64,000 bases of DNA from Defluviitaleaceae bacterium (GTDB lineage Bacteria; Bacillota; Clostridia; Lachnospirales; UBA5962): positions 7,246 through 71,245 of the forward strand of contig WQZK01000001.1 in NCBI GenBank assembly GCA_009780765.1. The letters are read 5' to 3'. Numbering within the stretch: position 1 is the stretch's first letter; every line of letters starts with the position of its first letter. Below, piece by piece: positions 48,142 to 56,931 of this stretch. Made by a program: the position numbers and the translations under genes. The notes under the pieces are model-generated. The model was not told where the DNA came from and did not search any database. It saw nothing but the letters and a program-made list of their open reading frames with translations.

Positions 48142-49185
48142 ATGAGTAAATATCCAAAAACGACAAAAGAAGTCCCTATTATAATGTATCAAACCGAAGA
48201 TGGGCAAACCAAAATGGAGGTTATGTTTGACGGCGATACAGTTTGGCTAACTCAAGAAAAAATGGCTGAACTCTTTCAGCGTAGCAAATCCACAGTTAAT
48301 GAGCATTTGAAAAACATATTTTCAGAGGGCGAATTAGTAGAGGGGGATGTGATTATTAAATTCGGAAATTCCGAATTTAATAAAGACCACAAAAAGCCAA
48401 CTAATTTTTATAATCTTGATGCTATACTTGCGGTGGGTTATAGAGTTAAATCTCACCGAGGCATACATTTTAGAAAATGGGCGAGCGGTATATTAAAAGA
48501 GTATATGCGTAAGGGTTTTGCGATGAATGATGATTTGCTCAAGCAAGCAGGCGGAGGACAATACTTCAAAGAGCTACTTAATCGCATTAGAGATATTCGT
48601 GCTAGCGAAAAGGTTTTTTATCGCCAAGTGCTAGACCTTTTTGCAACAAGCGTTGATTATGACCCTAAGAGCGAGATTGCGGGGGATTTTTTTGCTAAGA
48701 TGCAAAACATGCTTTATTATTCGGTTACCAAACAAACTGCCGCAGAGATGATAGCAAAACGAGCTAATGCTTATGACCCCTTTATGGGACTTATGGCTTT
48801 TAAGGGAGAGAGACCTACCAAAGCAGAAGTAACAGTTGCCAAAAATTATTTGGGTGAAAAAGAGGGTAAAGAACTTAGGCTTATGGTAAGTGCTTATCTT
48901 GATGTCGCAGAAATGATAGCTAATGAAGAAAGGCTAATGTATATGATAGATTGGGCTAAAGAGCTAGAGGATTTTATACTTTATCGGAAGAAACCTGTTC
49001 TAAAGCATGCAGGCAGTATTGAAAAAACCGAAGCTAATGAAAGGGCTTTAGAGCAATATAGAATATATAGGTCGAGGAATGGGACTGAATTGACGCAAGT
49101 AGAGAGGGACTTTTTGGAAACTGTGAAAAGAACCTACGCACTGCTTGAGGGTAAAAAGAAGGATGGCGAGGAGGGAGAGGAATGA
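48142..49185 (+). CDS. rhuM: RhuM-family protein
   Basis: 'IIMYQTEDGQTKMEVMFDGDTVWLTQEKMAELFQRSKSTVNEHLKNIFSEGEL' and 'NLDAILAVGYRVKSHRGIHFRKWA' are characteristic RhuM blocks. Confidence 0.85.
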   Translation: MSKYPKTTKEVPIIMYQTEDGQTKMEVMFDGDTVWLTQEKMAELFQRSKSTVNEHLKNIFSEGELVEGDVIIKFGNSEFNKDHKKPTNFYNLDAILAVGYRVKSHRGIHFRKWASGILKEYMRKGFAMNDDLLKQAGGGQYFKELLNRIRDIRASEKVFYRQVLDLFATSVDYDPKSEIAGDFFAKMQNMLYYSVTKQTAAEMIAKRANAYDPFMGLMAFKGERPTKAEVTVAKNYLGEKEGKELRLMVSAYLDVAEMIANEERLMYMIDWAKELEDFILYRKKPVLKHAGSIEKTEANERALEQYRIYRSRNGTELTQVERDFLETVKRTYALLEGKKKDGEEGEE

Positions 49186-52181
49186 AAAAATACGCTTTCT
49201 TAAAAGAAAAGCCTTTTCAAAATGAGATATTTTTGTATCTTGTAGAGAAACTCGGTTATCAAATTAACAAAAAGGAAGATTATAACTATACCTATGCTAT
49301 TGACACGGGTAAGTTGTTTTCGTTTATAAGAGACACGCAAAGTGAAGAATGGGATAAGTTTAGTGATTATTATGGTGATAAAGCTGAAGAGATTTTTTTG
49401 CAAAAACTAAATGAAAAAATTGATAAAAGAAAACTTATTAAGGGTAGATACACAGGTGGATTATTAAATGTACTGCAAGGAACTATTGAGGATATAAGGA
49501 CTGGTGCAAGCATTAGGATAGCCTATCTTAGTCCCAGCGAAGCTGGGTTTGAAAACATCAATGAGTTGTACGCAAAAAACATTTTGTCGGTTAGTTATGA
49601 ATTTGAATACGAAAGCTCCGAGCAGTTAAAATCAAAGGGTAAAAACCAGAGTAATAGGGTGGATTTAGCAATTTTTATCAATGGTATTCCTGTTATTATG
49701 ATAGAGACTAAGAAGTTATTGGCGGGGCAGTCGGCAAGGTTTAATGGCACGGAGCAGTATAAGAATAATCGTGACCCTAATGAATTAGTGTTTAGCTTTA
49801 ATAAACGGGTTGTTGCATATTTTGCAGTTGATGAATACGAAGCATATGTGACCACCCAGCTAGATAAACGAGATAGTTTTTTCTTGCCGTTTAATATGGG
49901 CAATGAGGCAGGCGGCTCGGGCAATCCGCAAGCACTAGAGGACAAGCGGGCAACATATTATTTGTGGGAACAAATTTTGCAAAGAGATATGATTCTCAAA
50001 ATTATGCGGGAATTTGTTTTTGAGGACATTGATAAAGACAATGGTAAGCCATTTATTATCTTTCCGAGATTCCATCAAGTTGATGCTGTTTTAGAATGTG
50101 AAAGAGATTTTGCAGAAAAGGGAGTTGGGGGCAGGTATATTATTTGGCACAGTGCCGGTAGCGGTAAAACAATCACAATAGCGTTACTTGCGTTTAGGTT
50201 ACTTGCTAAAAAAGACATAAATACTGTTATTATTATTAGTGATAGAACTGTTATTGATGGGCAGCTACGAGACCAACTTATTGCGGTGGATAACGGCGAT
50301 AGTCGAGTTAAATGGGCGGAGGGTAATAGTGCCGAGTTATCGAGATATATCAACAGTGGTAATATGATTGTTGGAACTACGCTCCAAAAATTCCCGTTTA
50401 TACTAGACCAGCTTGCATCAAGAAAAAGTAAAGGGTATGCAATAATCATTGACGAAGCACATTCTTCTACAAGTGGTATGACTATGAGTAGGGTAAGCGA
50501 GACCTTTACAGGCAAGAGCTTAAAGGAGGCTATTAAATTAGAGGACAAAGCGGATGAGGCAGAAGATGGTCAAACTTTGATATTAAAGCAGGCTGATAAA
50601 ATTAGGGCTACGAGTAAGGTTAGTTATTATGCCTTTACGGCGACACCGAAAAAAGAGACGCAGGAATTGTTTGGCACACGCAATCAGCGAGGCAAGGAAT
50701 GTTTTCATAAATATACTATGAAACAGGCAATAGAAGAAGACTTTATTCTTAATCCCCTTGCTTGCTATAAAAACATGAAAGCCTTTTATGATATTGAAAA
50801 GAAAAAGGACAGCAGTGAAGAGTATGACGAACAGCGTTCTAAAAGAAAGATTTTTCATCATATCTCAAGTGATGATGAGGTGATTACACTTAAGAGCCAA
50901 GAGATGCTAAGTGATTTTTGTGGGCTAAGAATGGGGTGGTTAGGCGGACAGTCAAAAGCAATGGTAGTTACGCCGTCTAGGCTACATGCGGTTAAGTATA
51001 AGTTTATCCTTGATAAGTTGATAAGGGAGAGCGGTTATAAGATTAAGACTGTTGTGGCGTTTACGGGTAAGGTTAAGTACGGGGATAATTTGTATTCTGA
51101 ATCAGAATTAAATGCTGGATATAAAGATAAAGACATAAGGAAGCTGATTAAGAATAATCCCGAAGTTAGAATTATTATTGTTGCGGACAAATTGCAAACA
51201 GGCTTTGATGAGCCGTTGCTTTGCTGTATGTATGTGGACAAGAAGTTTAATAGTGCGGTAAAGGCGGTGCAAACTCTGTCGAGAGTAAATAGGGCTAAAA
51301 AAGGCAAGAAGACTTTTGTTCTTGATTTTGTTAATGATGCCGATGACATCAAGGCGTATTTTGAAAAGTATTATGATAGCGATATATTTTTGCCTACGAT
51401 GAGCGAGACCGACCCAGAGGCAATCAACAGGATGAAAGACGAGATATTTGCATATGGTCTTTTTGAGGCACAAAGTGTTATAGATTTTGATTCATATGTT
51501 AAGAAGGAAAACAGTGCGGCGATTGAAAAAATGGGCGATGCGATAAAGCATGAGGCGAGCAAGCTCGACAAGGATAAGCGCAAATATTTTTACAAGCTTT
51601 GTACAAGGTTTGTTAAATTATATTACTATGTTGGAATATTGTTAGAGCGTTGGGATGAAAAAAATCAATTATTGGTAGATTTTTTGCGAGAGGTTGTAAT
51701 AAAGGTGCTTTATGAACAAGAGATGGCAAATGTTATCAACCCTAGTGAGTTTGTAAGTTTGGCGGCGGTGCGACTAAAATTGATGCAAGATGAGCAAGAA
51801 ATTCCGCTAGAATCAATAGTGGTAGAGTATGGCAAGGATAAAGAAGAGATTACTCTCACGGACAAAAAGTATTCCTTTTTAGATAAGATTATAGAAGACC
51901 TTAATGCTACATTATCCGAGCCAGAAAAACAAGATGCCTATACGATGGTGGACAGGGTAATGGTTGATGAAGAAGTTGTAAGAAAAGTTAAAAACAATAC
52001 GGGCAAGACCACGCATGATTTTGTGCGCAATCGGGTACAGGATTTTATTTTAGAAAAAATTATAGCGGCGGCAAATGGCGAAAGAGACTTTTATGTAAAG
52101 CTCGCTAACAAAGGGGAGCTGCTTGCTATTATTGCCGCCAATATCATCGCCCAACTGCAAGGGCAAAAGTATGTAAGCTAG
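49182..52181 (+). CDS. hsdR: Type I restriction endonuclease subunit R
   Basis: N-terminal nuclease 'RVDLAIFINGIPVIMIETKK', helicase motif I 'WHSAGSGKT', motif II 'IIIDEAHSS', 'FTATP', 'LQTGFDEP', 'QTLSRVNR'. 999 aa. The start overlaps the rhuM stop (ATGA). Confidence 0.95.
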   Translation: MKKYAFLKEKPFQNEIFLYLVEKLGYQINKKEDYNYTYAIDTGKLFSFIRDTQSEEWDKFSDYYGDKAEEIFLQKLNEKIDKRKLIKGRYTGGLLNVLQGTIEDIRTGASIRIAYLSPSEAGFENINELYAKNILSVSYEFEYESSEQLKSKGKNQSNRVDLAIFINGIPVIMIETKKLLAGQSARFNGTEQYKNNRDPNELVFSFNKRVVAYFAVDEYEAYVTTQLDKRDSFFLPFNMGNEAGGSGNPQALEDKRATYYLWEQILQRDMILKIMREFVFEDIDKDNGKPFIIFPRFHQVDAVLECERDFAEKGVGGRYIIWHSAGSGKTITIALLAFRLLAKKDINTVIIISDRTVIDGQLRDQLIAVDNGDSRVKWAEGNSAELSRYINSGNMIVGTTLQKFPFILDQLASRKSKGYAIIIDEAHSSTSGMTMSRVSETFTGKSLKEAIKLEDKADEAEDGQTLILKQADKIRATSKVSYYAFTATPKKETQELFGTRNQRGKECFHKYTMKQAIEEDFILNPLACYKNMKAFYDIEKKKDSSEEYDEQRSKRKIFHHISSDDEVITLKSQEMLSDFCGLRMGWLGGQSKAMVVTPSRLHAVKYKFILDKLIRESGYKIKTVVAFTGKVKYGDNLYSESELNAGYKDKDIRKLIKNNPEVRIIIVADKLQTGFDEPLLCCMYVDKKFNSAVKAVQTLSRVNRAKKGKKTFVLDFVNDADDIKAYFEKYYDSDIFLPTMSETDPEAINRMKDEIFAYGLFEAQSVIDFDSYVKKENSAAIEKMGDAIKHEASKLDKDKRKYFYKLCTRFVKLYYYVGILLERWDEKNQLLVDFLREVVIKVLYEQEMANVINPSEFVSLAAVRLKLMQDEQEIPLESIVVEYGKDKEEITLTDKKYSFLDKIIEDLNATLSEPEKQDAYTMVDRVMVDEEVVRKVKNNTGKTTHDFVRNRVQDFILEKIIAAANGERDFYVKLANKGELLAIIAANIIAQLQGQKYVS

Positions 52182-52230
52182 CACACGACATTTACCTTAA
52201 ATATTCATGCATATTAAGATAAATAAATCG

Positions 52231-52259
52231 TTGACATTTATGTACTCACATAGTATAAT
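52231..52259 (+). promoter_or_regulatory. Consensus sigma-70 promoter ahead of the ThsB-like gene
   Basis: TTGACA (52231-52236), a 17-nt spacer, then TATAAT (52254-52259). An AGGAG RBS (52297-52301) and GTG at 52311 follow. Confidence 0.65.
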
Positions 52260-52310
52260 TATATTGCAAGCTAAGATAATGTTTGCAAATAATTATAGGA
52301 GATTAGATTT

Positions 52311-52805
52311 GTGCAAGACAGCATTCAAAAGATGAGATTGCAAAACAAGCCTAATATACATTTTTGTTTTGACACCGAGCAAGATGGGTTAAGGGCAGCG
52401 GTGGTTAGTAATTCTGTTGTAGGCAGGGGTGAAATCGTTGCAACTTTAGAAAGTGCTACGGTTGTAGTCATATTGGTAGGGTGTTACACTAATGGCAGCC
52501 GTATTCAACAAACGATACGGCAAAGCCTAGATAGAAAAAAAGCGTTGTTAGTGATAGGTGTTGGTAACATTAAAAGTGTTGCAGGACAAGTTGATTTTGC
52601 AGGAGCTAACCCACTAAACGAATATGAGATATTTGACAATAGGTTTGGGTATGCCCGTCGAGCCAGTGACATTTATGAATATCATGATTGGGTAATTGGC
52701 AGTGGTTATCAAAAATTAAGTGGTTGGATAATTAAGGCTCAACAAATTGCAACAAGTTTGTATGCAGGCAACGCACAAAAACTAACTCACGGAGGAAAAA
52801 AATAA
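52311..52805 (+). CDS. ThsB-like TIR-domain protein (DUF1863-type), solitary, lacking the usual catalytic Glu
   Basis: Collinear with recalled ThsB/DUF1863 blocks: 'NIHFCFDTEQDG' (beta-A), 'ATVVVILVGCYT', 'ALLVIGVGNIKS....GANP', and C-terminal 'YEYHDWVIGSGYQKLSGWI'. Confidence 0.65.
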   Translation: MQDSIQKMRLQNKPNIHFCFDTEQDGLRAAVVSNSVVGRGEIVATLESATVVVILVGCYTNGSRIQQTIRQSLDRKKALLVIGVGNIKSVAGQVDFAGANPLNEYEIFDNRFGYARRASDIYEYHDWVIGSGYQKLSGWIIKAQQIATSLYAGNAQKLTHGGKK

Positions 52806-53125
52806 TGGCAACAACAGTAAACAATGCGTTTGAAGAATTTATGAGGGATATTGTAAATTTAGATGCAGACATCGTAAAGGCGGCTTCAAATACCTATGCC
52901 AACACCCCTCCACAACGGGCAAAGAGGCACACGCAAGTTTTCGCAAAATCAAGAAATCAAGACAAAGGGGCGCACCGCCGATGCACAAAAACGGGCCGCA
53001 AAATTCTCAAAGGCAACGGGTTTGTATGGTCGCCAAAAGCTGGAGCGTGGCAACGCCAGCTTAACAATAATGGCAGATACGCCGCAAGGCGGGTGCTAGA
53101 GATTTTACAGCGGGAGGGCAAGTGA
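52805..53125 (+). pseudogene. Chimeric ORF: about 30 codons of a truncated AT-rich gene fused to a GC-richer Arg/Lys-rich tail of mobile-element type
   Basis: The N-terminus 'MATTVNNAFEEFMRDIVNLDADIVKAA' matches the local AT-rich composition. From about 52890 the DNA becomes visibly GC-richer. It encodes '...GFVWSPKAGAWQRQLNNNGRYAARRVLEIL', which recalls tails of ICE/plasmid proteins (memory only). Confidence 0.4.
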
Positions 53126-53365
53126 GGAAAAAGTATTATAAACTAGGCAAATATAAGCCCGCCCGCCCCCAAGTGGTATGGCTACCGCCTAGAGTTTGAG
53201 GGCGATGACCCCCACGGCACGCCATACCAGCGTATCGCTAATGTCCTTAATTTTGGCAGTAGCACAATTAAAGGGACTAGATTTATTAGTAAGGCAATTC
53301 GCCAGCTCCGAGGCATGGACGATAGAATAGCCAAAAAGTTTGAAGACATGGTAGATAAGCCTTAA
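53122..53365 (+). pseudogene. Frameshifted small gene (HTH-like), mobile-element remnant
   Basis: From GTG at 53122: 'VRKKYYKLGKYKPARPQ..', which stops at 53199. The +1 frame continues from 53147 to TAA at 53363-53365: 'WYGYRLEFEGDDPHGTPYQRIANVLNFGSSTIKGTRFISKAIRQLRGMDDRIAKKFEDMVDKP*'. The frame switch lies at the GCCCGCCCCC tract (53161-53170). Confidence 0.45.
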
Positions 53366-53438
53366 TTTTTCTTGCATTTGTATATAAAATCTGCTATATT
53401 TATTATGGTTGCTTTTGGCAACAGCAAAGATAATATCT

Positions 53439-54332
53439 ATGGGCAATTTAATAGCAAAAGAGTATAAGTCCTTTGAGGATATTAAACACACTGATGAAAG
53501 TGGAGCGGAGTTTTGGCTGGCAAGAGAGCTATGTCCTGTTTTGCAATATGCTCAATGGCGCAATTTTCAAGGTGTTATAGACAAAGCCATGCTTGCCTGC
53601 CGTAATAGTGGCTTTGATGTTTTTGACCATTTTGCTGACGCCAGCAAAACGGTCGCTATGCCATCAAAAGCAAAGCCCAAAATCATTCCCGATTATAAAC
53701 TTTCTCGCTATGCGTGTTATCTAATTGTTCAAAACGGCAACCCCCGAAAAGAGATTATAGCACTAGGGCAAACTTACTTTGCTATTCAAACCCGCCGCCA
53801 AGAAGTGCAAGATTATTTCAACCAATTAGATGAGGATAATAAACGGCTTGTAGTACGAGGCAACATAACGCAGTGGAATCAAATGTTAGCAGAATCGGCA
53901 CACCGAGCAGGCATTATAGACAATGAGGAATTTGCAGAGTTTCAAAACGCTGGTTATGCGGGGCTTTATGGCGGCGAGACTGTATCAGAAATACACGCCC
54001 GCAAGCAGCTCAAACCCAAAGACAAAATACTAGATTTTATGAATTCTAGCGAGTTGTCGGCAAATTTATTCCGCATAACACTAGCGGACGACAAAATGAA
54101 AAAGGGAAATGTATCAACGCCGCACGATGCAATAGAGGCACATAGCATAGCAGGGCAAGAGGTGCGGGGTGCTATTATAAGGGCAGATGCTATTTTGCCC
54201 GAAGACCAACCAACACCAGATAAAAGTGTTAAGCAAATTGCAGCCGAGCAAATAGCAAGAATAAAAGCAGAGGCAAAAAAGAAGCCTTTGATGTTAGATG
54301 AGGATTATGAGGGCTTTGAGGATGACGACTAA
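53439..54332 (+). CDS. dinD: DNA-damage-inducible protein D (DinD/Bro-N-like)
   Basis: 'FEDIKHTDESGAEFWLARELCPVLQYAQWRNFQGVIDKAMLACRNSG', 'DYKLSRYACYLIVQNGNPRKEIIALGQTYFAIQTRRQE'. The ATG at 53439 is preferred over the TTG at 53409. Confidence 0.8.
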   Translation: MGNLIAKEYKSFEDIKHTDESGAEFWLARELCPVLQYAQWRNFQGVIDKAMLACRNSGFDVFDHFADASKTVAMPSKAKPKIIPDYKLSRYACYLIVQNGNPRKEIIALGQTYFAIQTRRQEVQDYFNQLDEDNKRLVVRGNITQWNQMLAESAHRAGIIDNEEFAEFQNAGYAGLYGGETVSEIHARKQLKPKDKILDFMNSSELSANLFRITLADDKMKKGNVSTPHDAIEAHSIAGQEVRGAIIRADAILPEDQPTPDKSVKQIAAEQIARIKAEAKKKPLMLDEDYEGFEDDD

Positions 54333-54410
54333 TTTTTTACGATAAAACACTTAAAAGGTGCAGAACTCTCCTTTATTGGCAAAGGGTTGCATAAAGGAGG
54401 CGACCTTATT

Positions 54411-55244
54411 ATGAAGAAAAATAACAGCTACAAAATTTTCAATGACTGCCTAGAAAGACTAAAGGCAGAATGGACGGACAGCATCAAGCCTTTTATCGAG
54501 TTTGATAAAAATCAAGGTCGCAAGTATGATAAGTTCATACAAGAGGGCGATGTTGTGATGAAGAGAGAACCCGAGCCAAAAGACCATATTCAGACCTTTT
54601 TGAAAATCCCGCCCGAGCAACTGTATGATATATACAGTAGAGTTTACACGGATGAAGATTGTGATGGAAGCCCTTATGAAGTTATGGGCGAGTTGACAAA
54701 CGCTACTGCTTTAACCCGTGACGGCAAAATTATACCCATTGAAATGGGCAAAAGAGTTTTGATGTTCAATGAGGAAAAAGCAAAGTATTTTGAGCAAAGA
54801 AAAATAGCAAACCTATTAAAATCGTTGCATTTTCAATTCATCCAAAAACTTGCTACGGAAGTAATGCGGGCAATGCTTGTTGTTTGCTCTGAACTTGGTT
54901 ATAAGAACAAGGACTTTAGTTTGGATAAGTTCTTTACATTTTCGGACGGCATAATCAAAGACAAAAGCCAACCCAAAATTGAGACATTACCAAAATACAA
55001 TGCTTTTAACCTGCTATTCAAATTAAATAATTTTTTGAAGCATAATACAGTCCAAGCATATTTGACACTCAAAAAGCATTACCCCGACAATATTGATAAA
55101 AACAATAAAACACGCTATGAGAATGGAATGTACGCAGGGGACTTTGTTTATCTGCAAGCAGGCTATTTTGACAAAATCTTTGACAAGCTCCTAATTTTCT
55201 TTGCTGAATATTGCAAGGTTATTCTAGGGGAGACCAGAGACTAG
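54411..55244 (+). CDS. Hypothetical protein (no recognisable domain)
   Basis: AAAGGAGG RBS (about 54392-54399), then the ATG at 54411. A terminator follows. It lies immediately upstream of a solitary SPPY methyltransferase. Confidence 0.6.
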   Translation: MKKNNSYKIFNDCLERLKAEWTDSIKPFIEFDKNQGRKYDKFIQEGDVVMKREPEPKDHIQTFLKIPPEQLYDIYSRVYTDEDCDGSPYEVMGELTNATALTRDGKIIPIEMGKRVLMFNEEKAKYFEQRKIANLLKSLHFQFIQKLATEVMRAMLVVCSELGYKNKDFSLDKFFTFSDGIIKDKSQPKIETLPKYNAFNLLFKLNNFLKHNTVQAYLTLKKHYPDNIDKNNKTRYENGMYAGDFVYLQAGYFDKIFDKLLIFFAEYCKVILGETRD

Positions 55245-55269
55245 CACAAATAATTTAATAAAACACTCA

Positions 55270-55300
55270 AAAACGGTTTCTTTGTAGAGACCGTTTTTTT
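55270..55300 (+). terminator. Intrinsic terminator
   Basis: ACGGTTTCT / AGAGACCGT stem (one mismatch) followed by T7. Confidence 0.6.
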
Positions 55301-55332
55301 AATGCACTAAAACTAAAGGGAGGTAAAAGCAG

Positions 55333-56061
55333 ATGATTCAGCTTATAAATGGCGATAGCATAGAGCAATTAAAATTATTAAAAGACGGGTCGGTTGATTG
55401 TATTGTAACAAGTCCGCCGTATTGGAAAGGTTTTGAGTATGAGGCGTATTTTAATTCTTACAAGCAATATCTTGAATGGTGTGAGGCTTGGCTAAGGGAG
55501 TGCAAAAGAGTATTAAAGCATAATGGCACATTTTATCTCAATGTTATAAACGACAGCGAGATAACAATACGGGCATTTGAGATTATGGAGATAGCAACCC
55601 GCCGCCTTATGTACAAATTACACGATACAATTATTTGGTATAGGTATAACCAACAGCCCGCAAATACCAAGAGGCAACTCACTAATCAATGTGAGTATGT
55701 TTTTATGCTTAGGCAAACATCCGCAAATATTGAATTAGATAAAGAGGCGGCATACAACAACGCCCCCGATATGTTCAAAACAAAAAATGTCGGCAATGTG
55801 TGGGAGCTTCCCTTTAATAAGGGCAAAGAAAAGAATACGGCTTTTGGGCGAAAAGAGACCGAGAGCAAATGGGGGCATAGCGGATTTCCCTTGCTTTTGC
55901 CCGAGACCTGTATTTTATTATCCACCAAAGAGGGCGATACAGTGTTGGATTTATTTATGGGAACGGGGACAGTGGGCGTTGCTTGTAAAAAACATAATAG
56001 AAAATTTATCGGCATTGACATAGACAAAAATGCTTATGCGATAGCAAAGAAAAATTTGTAA
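55333..56061 (+). CDS. Beta-class DNA methyltransferase (N4-C/N6-A family, SPPY type)
   Basis: Motif IV 'IVTSPPYW' precedes the AdoMet motif 'DLFMGTGTVGVA' (order IV then I, i.e. PF01555-type). SPPY is typical of m4C enzymes, but the modified base is not proven. Confidence 0.85.
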   Translation: MIQLINGDSIEQLKLLKDGSVDCIVTSPPYWKGFEYEAYFNSYKQYLEWCEAWLRECKRVLKHNGTFYLNVINDSEITIRAFEIMEIATRRLMYKLHDTIIWYRYNQQPANTKRQLTNQCEYVFMLRQTSANIELDKEAAYNNAPDMFKTKNVGNVWELPFNKGKEKNTAFGRKETESKWGHSGFPLLLPETCILLSTKEGDTVLDLFMGTGTVGVACKKHNRKFIGIDIDKNAYAIAKKNL

Positions 56062-56076
56062 TAAGGAGGTGACAGG

Positions 56077-56802
56077 ATGGCAACTAAGGTCGGGCGGAGT
56101 CTTGACGAGATAGACAGTAAGGTCAAGCAGCTCTCCAGCAGTATAAAAGAGAGTAGCAAGAAGACCAAAGAGCTGGATAGGACATTACGGCTTGACCCGA
56201 GCAATACTCGTGTCGCCGCCCAGCAGATGCGGGCGTTGGGGGCGCAGATAGGGCAAGCAACGCAAAAGGTGGCATTATTGCGCCAACGCAAGGCGGAGGC
56301 AAATAGGGAATTACAGCAGGGCGACATCACAGCGGCGGAGTTTGCCAAGATAGAAAAAGCAGTAGAGCAGGCAGAGCTAGAATTACAACGCTTCAATGCT
56401 CAAATGCGTGCAACCAAGCGGATGCAGGTGCAAGTGTTGGCACAACGCTTTGATAGAGTAACCCGCAGTATGCAGCAAGCCCAGCGGGTCGCCCGTACCT
56501 TTAGTCGTCTTATGCTAGGACTTGTCGGAATAATGGCGGCGAGTGTTACAGCCTTTACTCGCAATGCTGTTGCCCTTAACGAGACAGCGGAAGAGTTTGG
56601 TGTGGGCATAAGACAGTTGCAAATCAAGAACACAGTGTCCCCCGAAAATGAGTGGTTTCAATACCGCCAAAACTACAAGGGCTGCACAGTGTCTCCCCCT
56701 AAAAACATGATGGGGCAAGATAACGGGCAGATACAAGAGAGAATACGGCAGGCAAAAATCAGTATTCGCAAAGAAAAGACAAAGTGCAATCCACGCTCCT
56801 AA
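56077..56802 (+). pseudogene. N-terminal fragment of a phage tail tape-measure-like protein
   Basis: Coiled-coil N-terminus ('LDEIDSKVKQLSSSIKESSKKTKELDRTL...AELELQRFNAQMRA'), one TM-like segment ('LMLGLVGIMAASVTAF'), then 'ALNETAEEFGV'. It ends after 241 aa, whereas tape-measure proteins are several-fold longer. It sits in the GC-rich block. Confidence 0.45.
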
Positions 56803-56931
56803 TTACACAGTCTAAGCCGATAATAGCCAGTCTCCGAGGCGTTAGGCGGGGCAGTCGGGAATAAACCCGTCTGAAAAATAAATTAAAAATTTTTTGAAAA
56901 AAGTTGAAAAAGGGGCGAAAAACTGTTCAAA

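Noticed and set aside
52896-53099. Alternative-frame ORF (67 aa) inside 52805-53125.
   Set aside because: It overlaps the chimeric ORF entirely in GC-rich DNA. It has an Arg/Lys/Gln-rich low-complexity translation and no RBS.
53189-53491. Minus-strand 100-aa ORF between the chimeric ORF and dinD.
   Set aside because: The plus strand over the same DNA encodes a coherent, though frameshifted, small protein. The plus strand also carries the dinD promoter and start region. The minus-strand translation has no motif and no RBS.
54411-55244. Possible HEPN motif ('LNNFLKH') in the unknown 277-aa protein.
   Set aside because: The Arg of the Rx4-6H motif is missing (Asn instead), and there is no supporting four-helix pattern I can verify by eye. 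The evidence is too weak to call.
56034-56736. Three minus-strand ORFs (56034-56396, 56400-56633, 56515-56736) and plus-strand 55787-56023 / minus 55686-56027 in the GC-rich block.
   Set aside because: Higher GC content lowers stop-codon frequency, so antisense and off-frame ORFs are expected here. They overlap the methyltransferase and the tape-measure fragment, which carry recognisable motifs.
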